Notes: generated by a model not told the origin, from the sequence alone. A DNA stretch of 64,000 bases from an uncultured Planctomycetales bacterium (GCA_964464475.1 CAYXGG010000006.1:16305-80304); one strand, 5' to 3'. Shown: positions 9,871 to 19,168, counted from the first letter of the stretch. Numbers and translations: made by a program.

Positions 9871-10959
9871 TTACAGCATCAAACTGAGAATGGCCTCTTT
9901 AACCATCGCAAGAGGTACATTCTCAACCGTATCGACTCTACCCAAACATCTTGCCAAAATAAAACGGTTCGTTGTTCCGGAGAATTTCTTATCCCTCCCC
10001 ATCGCGGAGAAAATCCTTGCTAAAGGTAGCTTTTCGATGCGGGCGGGTAGCTGAATGTCAGAAAGCAACTGATTGAGGCGCTGACTATCCGCGCTGGGAA
10101 AATTATTCAATCGCTGAGAAAGAATAGCCGCCACTCTCATCCCCAAAGCAATAGCTTCTCCATGATGATACATTTGATAACCACCGGCCGTTTCTATGGC
10201 GTGTCCTGCCGTATGCCCGAAGTTAAGAATTCGCCGCAACCCTTTGATTTCCTTCTCATCGCGACCGACAACACTTGCTTTAATCCGGCTAGAAGCTTCC
10301 ACCACGTGTGCTAGCGACGCGGTATCTTTCTTTAATAACAACGAAGCCTTTTGCTCCAAAAACCGAAACAATTTTGCGTCTTGAATCACGCCGTATTTGA
10401 CGACTTCCGCTAACCCGTTACGCACCTGGCGATCTGAAAGCGTATTCAGAACGCTAACATCACTTATAACCAAACGCGGCTGATAGAACGCGCCCACCAA
10501 ATTCTTCCCAACAGAAAGATCAATGGCAACTTTTCCACCAATCGCCGAATCCACCTGGGCTAATAGTGTCGTTGGTATTTGAACATACGGAACGCCCCGT
10601 TTGTAAATTGCCGCGACAAACCCAGCCAGATCACCGATGACCCCTCCCCCAAAAGCGATAACAAATATCTTGCGTCGCAAATCATAGCGCGCGATTTGTT
10701 CGGTAAGACGAGTGGCCCAGAGAGAAGATTTACTTTGTTCTCCATCGGGAACCATAAGAAACTTGACTGAGAATCCTGCCTTGACCAAGCTTTGGCGCAG
10801 ACGCCCGCCATGCAAACGCGCGATAAGCGCGTTAGTTACAATCACCGCGTCACGACCCAAATCAAAATCCCTTAACAGCTTTCCAGACAGGGAAAGTAGC
10901 TGCTCTCCAATCAAGACAGGATAAGAACGTCCCGGTAGCGGGACTGAAACAATTTTCAT
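9871..10959 (-). CDS. aroB: 3-dehydroquinate synthase
   Basis: GGGVIGDLAGF, PTTLLAQVDS, KNLVGAF, LNFGHT, HGEA; start set at MKIV. Confidence 0.97.
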   Translation of the reverse strand: MKIVSVPLPGRSYPVLIGEQLLSLSGKLLRDFDLGRDAVIVTNALIARLHGGRLRQSLVKAGFSVKFLMVPDGEQSKSSLWATRLTEQIARYDLRRKIFVIAFGGGVIGDLAGFVAAIYKRGVPYVQIPTTLLAQVDSAIGGKVAIDLSVGKNLVGAFYQPRLVISDVSVLNTLSDRQVRNGLAEVVKYGVIQDAKLFRFLEQKASLLLKKDTASLAHVVEASSRIKASVVGRDEKEIKGLRRILNFGHTAGHAIETAGGYQMYHHGEAIALGMRVAAILSQRLNNFPSADSQRLNQLLSDIQLPARIEKLPLARIFSAMGRDKKFSGTTNRFILARCLGRVDTVENVPLAMVKEAILSLML

Positions 10960-10961
10960 AT

Positions 10962-11573
10962 TTATGGAACTCCCAACCAACTAGCCAACTGAGCGACCAT
11001 TCCCCACAACCAGTTATCCAAAATACCAAAAGACAACAACGCAAATACCACCACGATACCGATCAACTCAAATTCGCGATAATATTTAACCGCCGAGACT
11101 GGCAACACACTTAACACTAATTTGGAACCATCTAACGGAGGAAAAGGTAACAAATTAAAAATAGCCAACCCTAAATTCACTTTAACCGTCGCGCTTAAGT
11201 ACGAAATCGCCGATTCCGAAGGAAATAGCGCCAATAAAGCACTGGCCACTACCGCAAGAATCATGTTCATCGCGGGACCGGCCATCGCCACCAAAGCCAA
11301 ATCCCGCCGAGGAAACCTAAAATTAGAGAAATTAACCGGAACAGGGCGGGCCCAACCAAACAAATACGGAGAATGGCTGATGAATAAAACCAACGGTAAG
11401 AATACTGAACCGACCGGATCTAAATGTTTAAGCGGATTTAACGTCAGTCGCCCCTGATCTTTGGCAGTTGAATCCCCGCACTTTAGGGCGACCCAACCGT
11501 GAGCGAATTCATGAAAAACAATAGCCGGAAGAAAAATCAGAAGTAAATCCCAAACCAGTTGGGGAATCATCAT
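10962..11573 (-). CDS. Site-2 protease (peptidase M50)
   Basis: HEFAH, AGP, FNLLPFPPLDG motifs; several TM helices. Confidence 0.95.
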   Translation of the reverse strand: MMIPQLVWDLLLIFLPAIVFHEFAHGWVALKCGDSTAKDQGRLTLNPLKHLDPVGSVFLPLVLFISHSPYLFGWARPVPVNFSNFRFPRRDLALVAMAGPAMNMILAVVASALLALFPSESAISYLSATVKVNLGLAIFNLLPFPPLDGSKLVLSVLPVSAVKYYREFELIGIVVVFALLSFGILDNWLWGMVAQLASWLGVP

Positions 11574-12493
11574 TGCGCCGGTCCGATGGAAATAACGCGG
11601 ATCGTGGGTTGTCCTGAAGCGACTTCTTGAATAACACCCTGCACTGAAACTCGCTTATTTAAATATTCTTTCAAAACTTCAGGAGAAGCATCGAGATAAA
11701 ATTGTTCTTTTCTAGAAACCTTAAGGATGAATGCCTCTTGTCGTACTCGCTTTAATTTACCAACCCAATTCAAGACTTGACCTTCAACAGAAGGACCAGC
11801 TGACCTGGTTTCGTTCGTAACCGTGACTTCTTCTTTTATTTCAGGTAAATCAACGTCCTCTTTCTTATCTTCAATGGTCGCCATCGTCGCCGACATTTGA
11901 GGACTTTCTACTTTAAGCGCCATCGGCGCGGGTCCTGCCTCAACGGAAATACTCGCCACAGGAAGAACCGGTTCAATTTTCTCAACTGATTGACTGGCAA
12001 ATTTTTCAACAGGAATCGGATCAGGAACTTGAAGTGTCGTTGGCTTTACCAGCTCAATAGCAATCCACCCCGACAAACCATCAACAGGCGCGATCTGATA
12101 CCAATCATTAATAGCCGTTACAATAGTAACTATCGAATCCTTAGTCAATTGGCCAAGCGACGCGGCATTCGTATCCGCTGCGGCACGGACATTAACCCGA
12201 GACCCAGTCACCACGCCCTGGCTACCTGGAATAACTTGAATATATTTGCTATGGATGAAACACTTAGAATCTTTAGGTAGGCGAACTTTGTACCAGCTGA
12301 ATTGTTGTTCTAACACAACTAGCTGCGAACCTAAGGGTAATTGTGCGATCTTTTCAAAATTGGTACTTTGACCGGCACGAAGGTTGACAGCGTCTTTAAC
12401 GGTTTCGGCAACAAACGGAAATTGGGGCTGAGCGTACACCAGCGAAGCCAATCCGAGAACCAAAGCACAAATCTGACCTAAGGTCTTGTGCAT
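11570..12493 (-). CDS. Secreted protein with two bacterial SH3 domains
   Basis: Signal peptide; two VN(L/V)RA...WY repeats; C-terminal beta-rich domain. Confidence 0.8.
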   Translation of the reverse strand: MHKTLGQICALVLGLASLVYAQPQFPFVAETVKDAVNLRAGQSTNFEKIAQLPLGSQLVVLEQQFSWYKVRLPKDSKCFIHSKYIQVIPGSQGVVTGSRVNVRAAADTNAASLGQLTKDSIVTIVTAINDWYQIAPVDGLSGWIAIELVKPTTLQVPDPIPVEKFASQSVEKIEPVLPVASISVEAGPAPMALKVESPQMSATMATIEDKKEDVDLPEIKEEVTVTNETRSAGPSVEGQVLNWVGKLKRVRQEAFILKVSRKEQFYLDASPEVLKEYLNKRVSVQGVIQEVASGQPTIRVISIGPAQ

Positions 12494-12504
12494 AGGAAAA
12501 CCGT

Positions 12505-12774
12505 TTACTTGGCGGGAGCTTTTTTGTCTTTTGCGGCATCAGCTTTAGCGGGAGCGGCGGCACCGGCAGCAGGGGCTGCGGCACCTTCTTTGGCTTCGGC
12601 TTTGGCCTTACGGGACTTGATCTTGATTATTTTGGTTTTAGGAAGACCGACGACCGACCGATTCTCTTCCCATAACCCTTTTTTCATCAATTCTTTAATA
12701 CGTTCAATGCGGGTCAAGACAGAACGCTGCTGGGCCCCAGCGGCGTCAACTTTTAATGAGGAATGGATTCCCAT
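12505..12774 (-). CDS. PVC-superphylum small basic signature protein (TIGR04137-like)
   Basis: H-x-SLK...RSVLTRIERI...W...SVVGLPKTK pattern; Ala/Lys-rich tail. Confidence 0.85.
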   Translation of the reverse strand: MGIHSSLKVDAAGAQQRSVLTRIERIKELMKKGLWEENRSVVGLPKTKIIKIKSRKAKAEAKEGAAAPAAGAAAPAKADAAKDKKAPAK

Positions 12775-12777
12775 AAT

Positions 12778-13548
12778 CTACAATCTCCTTACTAGACAAT
12801 CTTTATATTCTTTGTATTTTTTTCTAAATTGCTCACTGAAAACCTGCGCTTGTTTTTGTTCGGCGAAATTGCCCACGCAGACAATCGCATGAGACCCTTT
12901 TGACAGCACCTGTGTTTCATACCCCTTCTGTTTCATTAAATCAGCCACTCGTTGAGCAAAACTTTCGGTTTTGTACGAGGCTATCTGCACGGTGAAGGGT
13001 TTTCCAAATTTAGAATTCGTGGAGTATACACTGTTTTGCTGATCCTGTAAAGTTTTCTGTTGGGCCACGACGGTCTGCGTTTGAGGAACGACTTTCGGTG
13101 TCGCAGCAACAGTACTCTCGGGAGCGGAAACTTGAGCCGCTAGAGTATTTGGTCTCTTAACAGCAATCTTAGGGGCACTCTCCACTGCCCCGGACTCAAC
13201 TGAGGGTAAACTCGCCCCTTTAGAAGTCGGCACTATTTGCGGCAGCGCTGACTTACGGGCCGATGCCTCTACCAACAATTCTTGAGCTTCTTTGACTGTC
13301 GCCACTTTAGCCATGGTTTGCTCATGCACCATCTCTCTGACCTCACGCAACGCATACTTTTTTCCTTTTTCCACACCGACGGAATAACTAACGACGGCTA
13401 AAATCAATGCGACAATTCCTACAATAACCAAATTCTCAAACGTTAAGGTCAAGTTCGCAGAAAAAAACCGTGGTTTACCGACTTCGGAGCTGGGATTATT
13501 GGGGTCAGGAAAAAGCTCAAACTGAGATTGTTTAAAGTTGAGATTCAT
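12778..13548 (-). CDS. Bitopic SPOR-domain protein (FtsN/DamX-like architecture)
   Basis: Short N-tail, TM helix, low-complexity linker, C-terminal FTVQIASY...VCVGNF SPOR. Confidence 0.85.
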   Translation of the reverse strand: MNLNFKQSQFELFPDPNNPSSEVGKPRFFSANLTLTFENLVIVGIVALILAVVSYSVGVEKGKKYALREVREMVHEQTMAKVATVKEAQELLVEASARKSALPQIVPTSKGASLPSVESGAVESAPKIAVKRPNTLAAQVSAPESTVAATPKVVPQTQTVVAQQKTLQDQQNSVYSTNSKFGKPFTVQIASYKTESFAQRVADLMKQKGYETQVLSKGSHAIVCVGNFAEQKQAQVFSEQFRKKYKEYKDCLVRRL

Positions 13549-13565
13549 GATGGATTATTATAGGT

Positions 13566-14636
13566 TTATCGTTTTATCAGGCTCAAGTACTTTCTGAATT
13601 TTTTTTGTTTACTTAATTCCCCAAAAACTTCAATAATTCCGGGATCAAACTGAGTTCCACTATTTCGTTTGAGTTCCAGCAAAGCTTCATCAATGGTCAT
13701 TGGTAAACGATAAGAGCGATGACTAATCATAGCTTCAAATGCGTCGACGACCGCCATCACTCTGGCCCCCACTGGAATCTGCTCCCCCTTGAGCCCCGAC
13801 GGATATCCACGACCATCATACTTTTCATGTCGATACAGAATAATAGGCAGGACTGGCCTTAGAAACTCCACGGGCTTAATCAGCGCGACGCACCGGGCGG
13901 GATGCTCGCGAATGATTTTAAATTCTTCCGCCGTCAATTGACTCGTCTTGGATAATATTTCAAACGGGACATCAATCGCACCGGTTTCGTGCAACAACCC
14001 GGCATATTCGAGCGATTCGACGGCCTCCTGCTTTAAGCCCATTTTATGCGCCACAATTTTCATGATCTTGCAATAAACCGGGGCCTCACCGTTGTCGGCA
14101 AAATTATCCCGCTCCATCATCTTTCCAATAAAACGCATACTTCCCAAAATCACTTTTTGCTGTTGCTCAGACAGCTGCAAGTTTTTAATAGCGGTGACGG
14201 CCTGCTCACAAAAAACCATCATCATCTCTCGATCAAACTCCTCAAATTCCGGTTCGTTGTTCCCGCGCCAAATCATGATAGCTCCCATGGTATCTTCCGC
14301 CACCAGAGGCATGCCAATAAAGCGTTTTTCAAAAAGGGAAGCGCCCTCAGCGACCGAACGTTCGCGCGGTGGAACTTTAGAAAAATCCATCCGCTTTTCC
14401 TGGATGGTATTAATCTTGTTATTAAACGACGCGATCATCAATATTTTTCTTTTTTGGGAATCAATCAAATAAACGCTACAAGCGCTGGCATGGATAAATT
14501 GGCAAAGCAGACGCGTCAAACGCAAAGACAGCTCGCGCACGTTATACGTGGAATTTATCAACCGGTACACCATGTGTACCGCCGATAAGACCAGCTTATA
14601 CTTTTTCGTATGGATGGAAAAGCTTTTTGTACTCAT
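13566..14636 (-). CDS. GAF-like + degenerate HD-GYP domain protein
   Basis: DGRGYPSGLKGEQIP, AVVDAFEAM, GTQFDP; HD replaced by HE; start uncertain. Confidence 0.85.
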   Translation of the reverse strand: MSTKSFSIHTKKYKLVLSAVHMVYRLINSTYNVRELSLRLTRLLCQFIHASACSVYLIDSQKRKILMIASFNNKINTIQEKRMDFSKVPPRERSVAEGASLFEKRFIGMPLVAEDTMGAIMIWRGNNEPEFEEFDREMMMVFCEQAVTAIKNLQLSEQQQKVILGSMRFIGKMMERDNFADNGEAPVYCKIMKIVAHKMGLKQEAVESLEYAGLLHETGAIDVPFEILSKTSQLTAEEFKIIREHPARCVALIKPVEFLRPVLPIILYRHEKYDGRGYPSGLKGEQIPVGARVMAVVDAFEAMISHRSYRLPMTIDEALLELKRNSGTQFDPGIIEVFGELSKQKKFRKYLSLIKR

Positions 14637-15765
14637 CAAGGGCAAACCGATCCGTCATGGACGCGATATAATTACAAATAACACCGTAAATGTCACGCTT
14701 AGCATATTTTCTAGATTTACGATACACTTCTTCGGGTAATTGGTTAGGATTTTGTCGATAAACATCAAATAAAGCTTTGATAATTCTTTTGGCTTTTCCG
14801 GTCATGCGCTCCACCCGGGAATGATGGTAAAGTTTCTTGTTCAGTAATTCCTGCAAATAATTTCGCTCCTGTGCCATCGCTGGGCTGAATCCGATCACCG
14901 TTTCCCGGCAGCGCTTCACGTCCCGAGATGATTTAAATTTCTTACGGATAATATTGCCCTCAGAAGCCACCAGCAGGTCTTTCACCTGCATATCAATTAA
15001 TTCCTTTACGATTTGATATTTACGCATGTCTTGTCCCTGCCCACGCAAAGGAACCGCCAGTTTCTTTATCGCCGTTTGCCACAAGGTACTTTCCGCCAAA
15101 TCCTCTTCATGAATGCAGGTCGAGGTTAAGCCGTCATCAATGTCGTGATTCAAATAGGCTAAGGAATCCGCAATGTCCACCACCTGAGCTTCCAAGGTCG
15201 GCTCTTCTTGCATGTATTTCTTTTCCTGCCCGGGCAGATCATAGACCGTCCGATGTTTTAATATCCCGACCAGCACTTCCGGCGTTAAATTTAATCCATC
15301 GAACTGCGGATAACGTTTTTCAAGTTTGGTCACAATATCAAAACTACGTTGATTGTGATTAAATCCCCGGAGACCCGCCTCTTTCATAATTTGATTTAAG
15401 GCGTCTTCTCCGGCATGACCAAAAGGCGGGTGCCCTAAATCATGAGCCAGGGCAATGGCTTCAATCAGGTCTTCATTTAAACGCAAATTGCGACCAATCG
15501 TACGCGCGATTTGGGCGACTTCAATCGTATGAGTCAAACGCGTGCGGTAGTAATCTCCCTCGAAGATGCCAAAAACCTGCGTTTTGTATTCCAGTTTTCG
15601 AAACGCCTCGCTATGCACGATGCGATCCCGATCTCGCTGAAAACACGTACGGGTTTCATGCGCCGCTTCCGAGTGTTCACGAGGACCGGCGTCACGACTA
15701 TGCATCGCGTAAACGGCAAGAATTTTATTTTCGCTGTCTTCTATTTCTAAGCGGGTGCGTATCAT
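14596..15765 (-). CDS. dgt: Deoxyguanosinetriphosphate triphosphohydrolase-like HD protein
   Basis: FQRDRDRI, KTQVF, RTRLTHTIEV, HDLGHPPFGHAGE; start set at MIRTR. Confidence 0.93.
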   Translation of the reverse strand: MIRTRLEIEDSENKILAVYAMHSRDAGPREHSEAAHETRTCFQRDRDRIVHSEAFRKLEYKTQVFGIFEGDYYRTRLTHTIEVAQIARTIGRNLRLNEDLIEAIALAHDLGHPPFGHAGEDALNQIMKEAGLRGFNHNQRSFDIVTKLEKRYPQFDGLNLTPEVLVGILKHRTVYDLPGQEKKYMQEEPTLEAQVVDIADSLAYLNHDIDDGLTSTCIHEEDLAESTLWQTAIKKLAVPLRGQGQDMRKYQIVKELIDMQVKDLLVASEGNIIRKKFKSSRDVKRCRETVIGFSPAMAQERNYLQELLNKKLYHHSRVERMTGKAKRIIKALFDVYRQNPNQLPEEVYRKSRKYAKRDIYGVICNYIASMTDRFALDEYKKLFHPYEKV

Positions 15766-16234
15766 TAAGTAATTTATGTAACGCAAAAAGTGATTGAGAA
15801 ATAACCTTGGTGGAAGCGACCACGGGCATAAAATTAACATCCCCGGCCCACCGTGGAACAATATGAAAATGCAAATGCCCCGGAAATCCGGCTCCGGCCG
15901 CCCGACCCAAATTTAATCCAATGTTATACCCATCTGGACTCAAAACCCGATCTAACTTAGCTTTAGTACTTTCCAAAAGACCCCAAAGATCCAATTTTTC
16001 ATCGTGAGACAACTTAGCTAAATCATTAACATGACGATTAGGCAAGACCAACAGATGTCCGTTGTTATAAGGATAAATATTCAAAACAGAAAATGAGCTG
16101 GTCGTCCGACTGACCACAAAATTTTCACGATCGCGTTTGACCTGCTTCACAATCCGACAAAAGACACACGGTTTACTTTTTTTACCGAGCATCTTAATAT
16201 ATTGCTGACGCCACGGCGCCCATAGGTTTTCCAT
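15725..16234 (-). CDS. HIT-family hydrolase (Ap4A phosphorylase-like)
   Basis: LWAPWR N-terminus, NIYPYNNGH, HLHFHIVPRW. Confidence 0.92.
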   Translation of the reverse strand: MENLWAPWRQQYIKMLGKKSKPCVFCRIVKQVKRDRENFVVSRTTSSFSVLNIYPYNNGHLLVLPNRHVNDLAKLSHDEKLDLWGLLESTKAKLDRVLSPDGYNIGLNLGRAAGAGFPGHLHFHIVPRWAGDVNFMPVVASTKVISQSLFALHKLLNDTHPLRNRRQRK

Positions 16235-16240
16235 AGAATT

Positions 16241-16720
16241 TTATTTAATCTTGATAATCTTGGCTTTGACTTTATCACCCAAGCATTCGAGGACGCCATA
16301 AGAACAGTACGGGGCCGTCACGGTATCGTTAGGGCTGCCGGGATTTAAAAAAAGCGTCCCCTCAATTTCTTCAACGAGCGGCTGATGCGAGTGGCCGAAA
16401 ATCACCGCATTAAGACGTTGTCCTTTAAATTCCGACCGTACGGTATCCAAAATCGCGCTTCGAGATCCCTCGCCATGGAAAAGCCCAACCCTCGTCCCTT
16501 CCCACTCCAGAATCTGAGACCGAGGAAACAGCTTGCGGACAGACGACTCATCCATGTTGCCATGAACCGCTTTTAGTTCTTTTATCTTCTTAAGTTGCTC
16601 TACCTCGCGCACCGAGCAAAAATCACCGGCATGTACGATCAAATCCATCTGCCGAAAATCTTTCAGCATTTGTTCGGGCAACGGCAGCGAATGCGTATCA
16701 GAAACCACACCAATTTTCAT
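16241..16720 (-). CDS. YfcE-family metallophosphoesterase
   Basis: SDTH, HAGD, GNMD, HG, GHSH, NPGS. Confidence 0.93.
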   Translation of the reverse strand: MKIGVVSDTHSLPLPEQMLKDFRQMDLIVHAGDFCSVREVEQLKKIKELKAVHGNMDESSVRKLFPRSQILEWEGTRVGLFHGEGSRSAILDTVRSEFKGQRLNAVIFGHSHQPLVEEIEGTLFLNPGSPNDTVTAPYCSYGVLECLGDKVKAKIIKIK

Positions 16721-18351
16721 GAAGACACGATAAACGGTTTATTAAAATAATTCAGCAGTGAGTTAATTTCACTTTCATTCCAAATCCACAATCGTTCTTC
16801 CAAAGCTTTCAATCGAGTATTCGGATCCATCTCGGATAATGAAATGACCACTCGCCGAAATGGTTTCTTACCGCTTTTCTTGGTTTCGTTAAGAAACACG
16901 TTTAACTCCTGTTCATCGAAAGGCTTTTCTTTCAAAACGATAAACCATTCCCCTTCCTCAGAAATGGCCCGGATTCCTTCCACGCAGAATCGCGACTCCG
17001 CCGCGAATTTTATCGTTTCAATTTCTCTAAACAAAGATAATTTGTATTTACGACCATTAAGGGAAACCGCATCGTTATCAAAGCATTCCAGCAGTGAAAC
17101 TACTCTGCTGACCAAATTTTCTTGAGACACTAAAAGGAAGCTTTGATAGGCCTGTTTCAAATCCTCACGGAATTCTGCCACTAAACGCTCTTCGGTCAGA
17201 TCCAAGGCTCGCCAGCGGCGATCTAAAACATACCTCAGCCAATAGCGCAACAACTTATCTTCTAGATGAAACAACTGACCGTTTTTTATGAGCACACCCT
17301 CTTCCGTCAGTTTGGACAACAACGTTGTTAAAGCACTTTTAGCCGTGACCGCTTGAGCAAGATCTGCCGCCTTATTGACACCTCGCGCGACCGCCAGCAA
17401 GAGCCGCCCCGACTCTCGCATGGATTTACTCGCAGACAGGTGTTCGATTTTCAGCTCAAAATGTTTGCTTAACACACCCCAAGGCGCAAAAAGCACATTT
17501 TCTACCGCTTGGGACAATAGCGGCCAGAAAACTTCTGATTGCTGATGGATAGCACTTAACGACCGTATTTCTAAGCAAAGCATCTGTAAATAAGCAGGGC
17601 AGCCACCTGTGAAATCCATAAGAAAATGTCGAATATCACTGCGCATCTTTAATCCGACTAACGATTGTTCAATGTATTCCTGGCTGGAGCGTAAATCAAA
17701 ACTCCCAATAGACAAAATTTCAAAATTACCAAAAAGCAACGAAAGTTTTTCCGCCAAAATACGTTTAGCCAGCGTAGGGTAAGAGCTGGACAAAACATAC
17801 AAACAATTCTTCTGAGTCATGACGCGTTTACCCAGCTGGGCAAAAACTTCCTCCCCACACAATTCGCCAAGGACCTGAAATTCTTCCAGAACGATCAAGC
17901 AAATTTTTCCACTTTCAAAAGAAAAAATTTCTGGAAGGGATAACAGTTTGCCCAAAGCCTCATCCCATTTGGCCTTCTGGACCAAGTCGAGAACACATTT
18001 GATTTCCGCGACCGTTTTCGGTAATACTTTCTGTGTTCCTTGCAAAAGCAACGCCACCTCTTCATAAACCGGCAAACCTTTTCGACGAGAGAAATTGTAA
18101 AGCAAACTACAGATAAAACGATCAAATAAATACGTCTGATCTTTACCTTCCAGATCCACGTAAACTTCTACCACGCCGTCATCATCAAGATCACTCAAAA
18201 ACTTTTGCAAAAGCACCGTTTTACCAACAAAACGATTTCCCATGATCGCCACATTCTGACGATAACCGTCCTTTAAATCACGCAAACGACGCTGTAACGT
18301 TGCCAAACAGTCTTTGCGACCTACAAAAATGGTTTTAGGTAACTGGTTCAT
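16717..18351 (-). CDS. Archaeal-ATPase-family P-loop protein (ATPase + probable wHTH + C-terminal domain)
   Basis: FVGR N-motif, GNRFVGKT Walker A, IVLEEFQ Walker B, TGGCP, D-x-LLRYWLRYV. Confidence 0.75.
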   Translation of the reverse strand: MNQLPKTIFVGRKDCLATLQRRLRDLKDGYRQNVAIMGNRFVGKTVLLQKFLSDLDDDGVVEVYVDLEGKDQTYLFDRFICSLLYNFSRRKGLPVYEEVALLLQGTQKVLPKTVAEIKCVLDLVQKAKWDEALGKLLSLPEIFSFESGKICLIVLEEFQVLGELCGEEVFAQLGKRVMTQKNCLYVLSSSYPTLAKRILAEKLSLLFGNFEILSIGSFDLRSSQEYIEQSLVGLKMRSDIRHFLMDFTGGCPAYLQMLCLEIRSLSAIHQQSEVFWPLLSQAVENVLFAPWGVLSKHFELKIEHLSASKSMRESGRLLLAVARGVNKAADLAQAVTAKSALTTLLSKLTEEGVLIKNGQLFHLEDKLLRYWLRYVLDRRWRALDLTEERLVAEFREDLKQAYQSFLLVSQENLVSRVVSLLECFDNDAVSLNGRKYKLSLFREIETIKFAAESRFCVEGIRAISEEGEWFIVLKEKPFDEQELNVFLNETKKSGKKPFRRVVISLSEMDPNTRLKALEERLWIWNESEINSLLNYFNKPFIVSS

Positions 18352-19037
18352 GGTAAATAGTAGACGGGATTAACTGAAGCCCCTTTTTTTCTCACTTCAA
18401 AATAAGCAAAACAATCGTTACCTGAACATCCCACATACCCCACAGGTTCATTCTGAGCGACTTGGTCGCCGACCCGCACCGTCAACTTGGCGTTTTGACC
18501 ATAAACACTGTTAAAACCATCAGTATGCTCAAGAATGACGGTATGGGCATACCCATTCAAATAATCAGCAAAAACGACTTTGCCTGATCGGGCGGCTTTG
18601 ACCTGAGTTCCTTCTCGGGTTTCAATGAGCAATCCTTTGGTGATGCGGGAACGATAACGCTCTCCAAAGTGAACCAGCACTCTCCCTTTCACAGGCCAAA
18701 CAAAAGTCCCATCATCAATGGCAGGAGCCTCATCGATGGACACTTCGCGGGTACTGACGGCACCCGGAATAAAAATCAGTTGGTCCTTCTCAATTTTGCC
18801 GGCGTTAGGAATATTGTTGCGTTGTACGATGTTATCCACGTCCACATTGTAGGTTTTGGCGATACGCCACAGGGTCTCCCCTGGTTTTACTTTATGGTAA
18901 ACACCGCCTTCAACATTCGGGAGTTCTCCTTCGGGAGAACTACTGGGCGACGTGGATTCCTGTCCGGGAGCAGGATGATCAACGGTCGCGCAACCCGAAA
19001 TAAAAAATAAAACTCCGGCGATGAAACACGCGCTCAC
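18348..19037 (-). CDS. LysM + M23 (NlpD-like) lipoprotein; start uncertain (GTG 19037 or ATG 19172)
   Basis: ISGC lipobox, YHKVKPGETLWRIA LysM, WPVKG...NPVYYLP M23. Confidence 0.9.
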   Translation of the reverse strand: MSACFIAGVLFFISGCATVDHPAPGQESTSPSSSPEGELPNVEGGVYHKVKPGETLWRIAKTYNVDVDNIVQRNNIPNAGKIEKDQLIFIPGAVSTREVSIDEAPAIDDGTFVWPVKGRVLVHFGERYRSRITKGLLIETREGTQVKAARSGKVVFADYLNGYAHTVILEHTDGFNSVYGQNAKLTVRVGDQVAQNEPVGYVGCSGNDCFAYFEVRKKGASVNPVYYLP

Positions 19038-19063
19038 CAGCAGATTTTGTTGGAAGAATTTTA

Positions 19064-19135
<72 letters not shown>

Positions 19136-19168
19136 AAAGAACTGCGTTCTGTTGCTTAAACAAAGATT

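Noticed and set aside
14046-14588. 180-aa plus-strand ORF and similar long antisense ORFs (e.g. 23445-23909, 50106-50585, 51250-51753)
   Set aside because: Entirely antisense to well-conserved genes, with no recognisable motifs
15766-15861. N-terminal extension of dgt in the ORF track
   Set aside because: Lies inside the HIT gene; the plausible start is MIRTR (15765)
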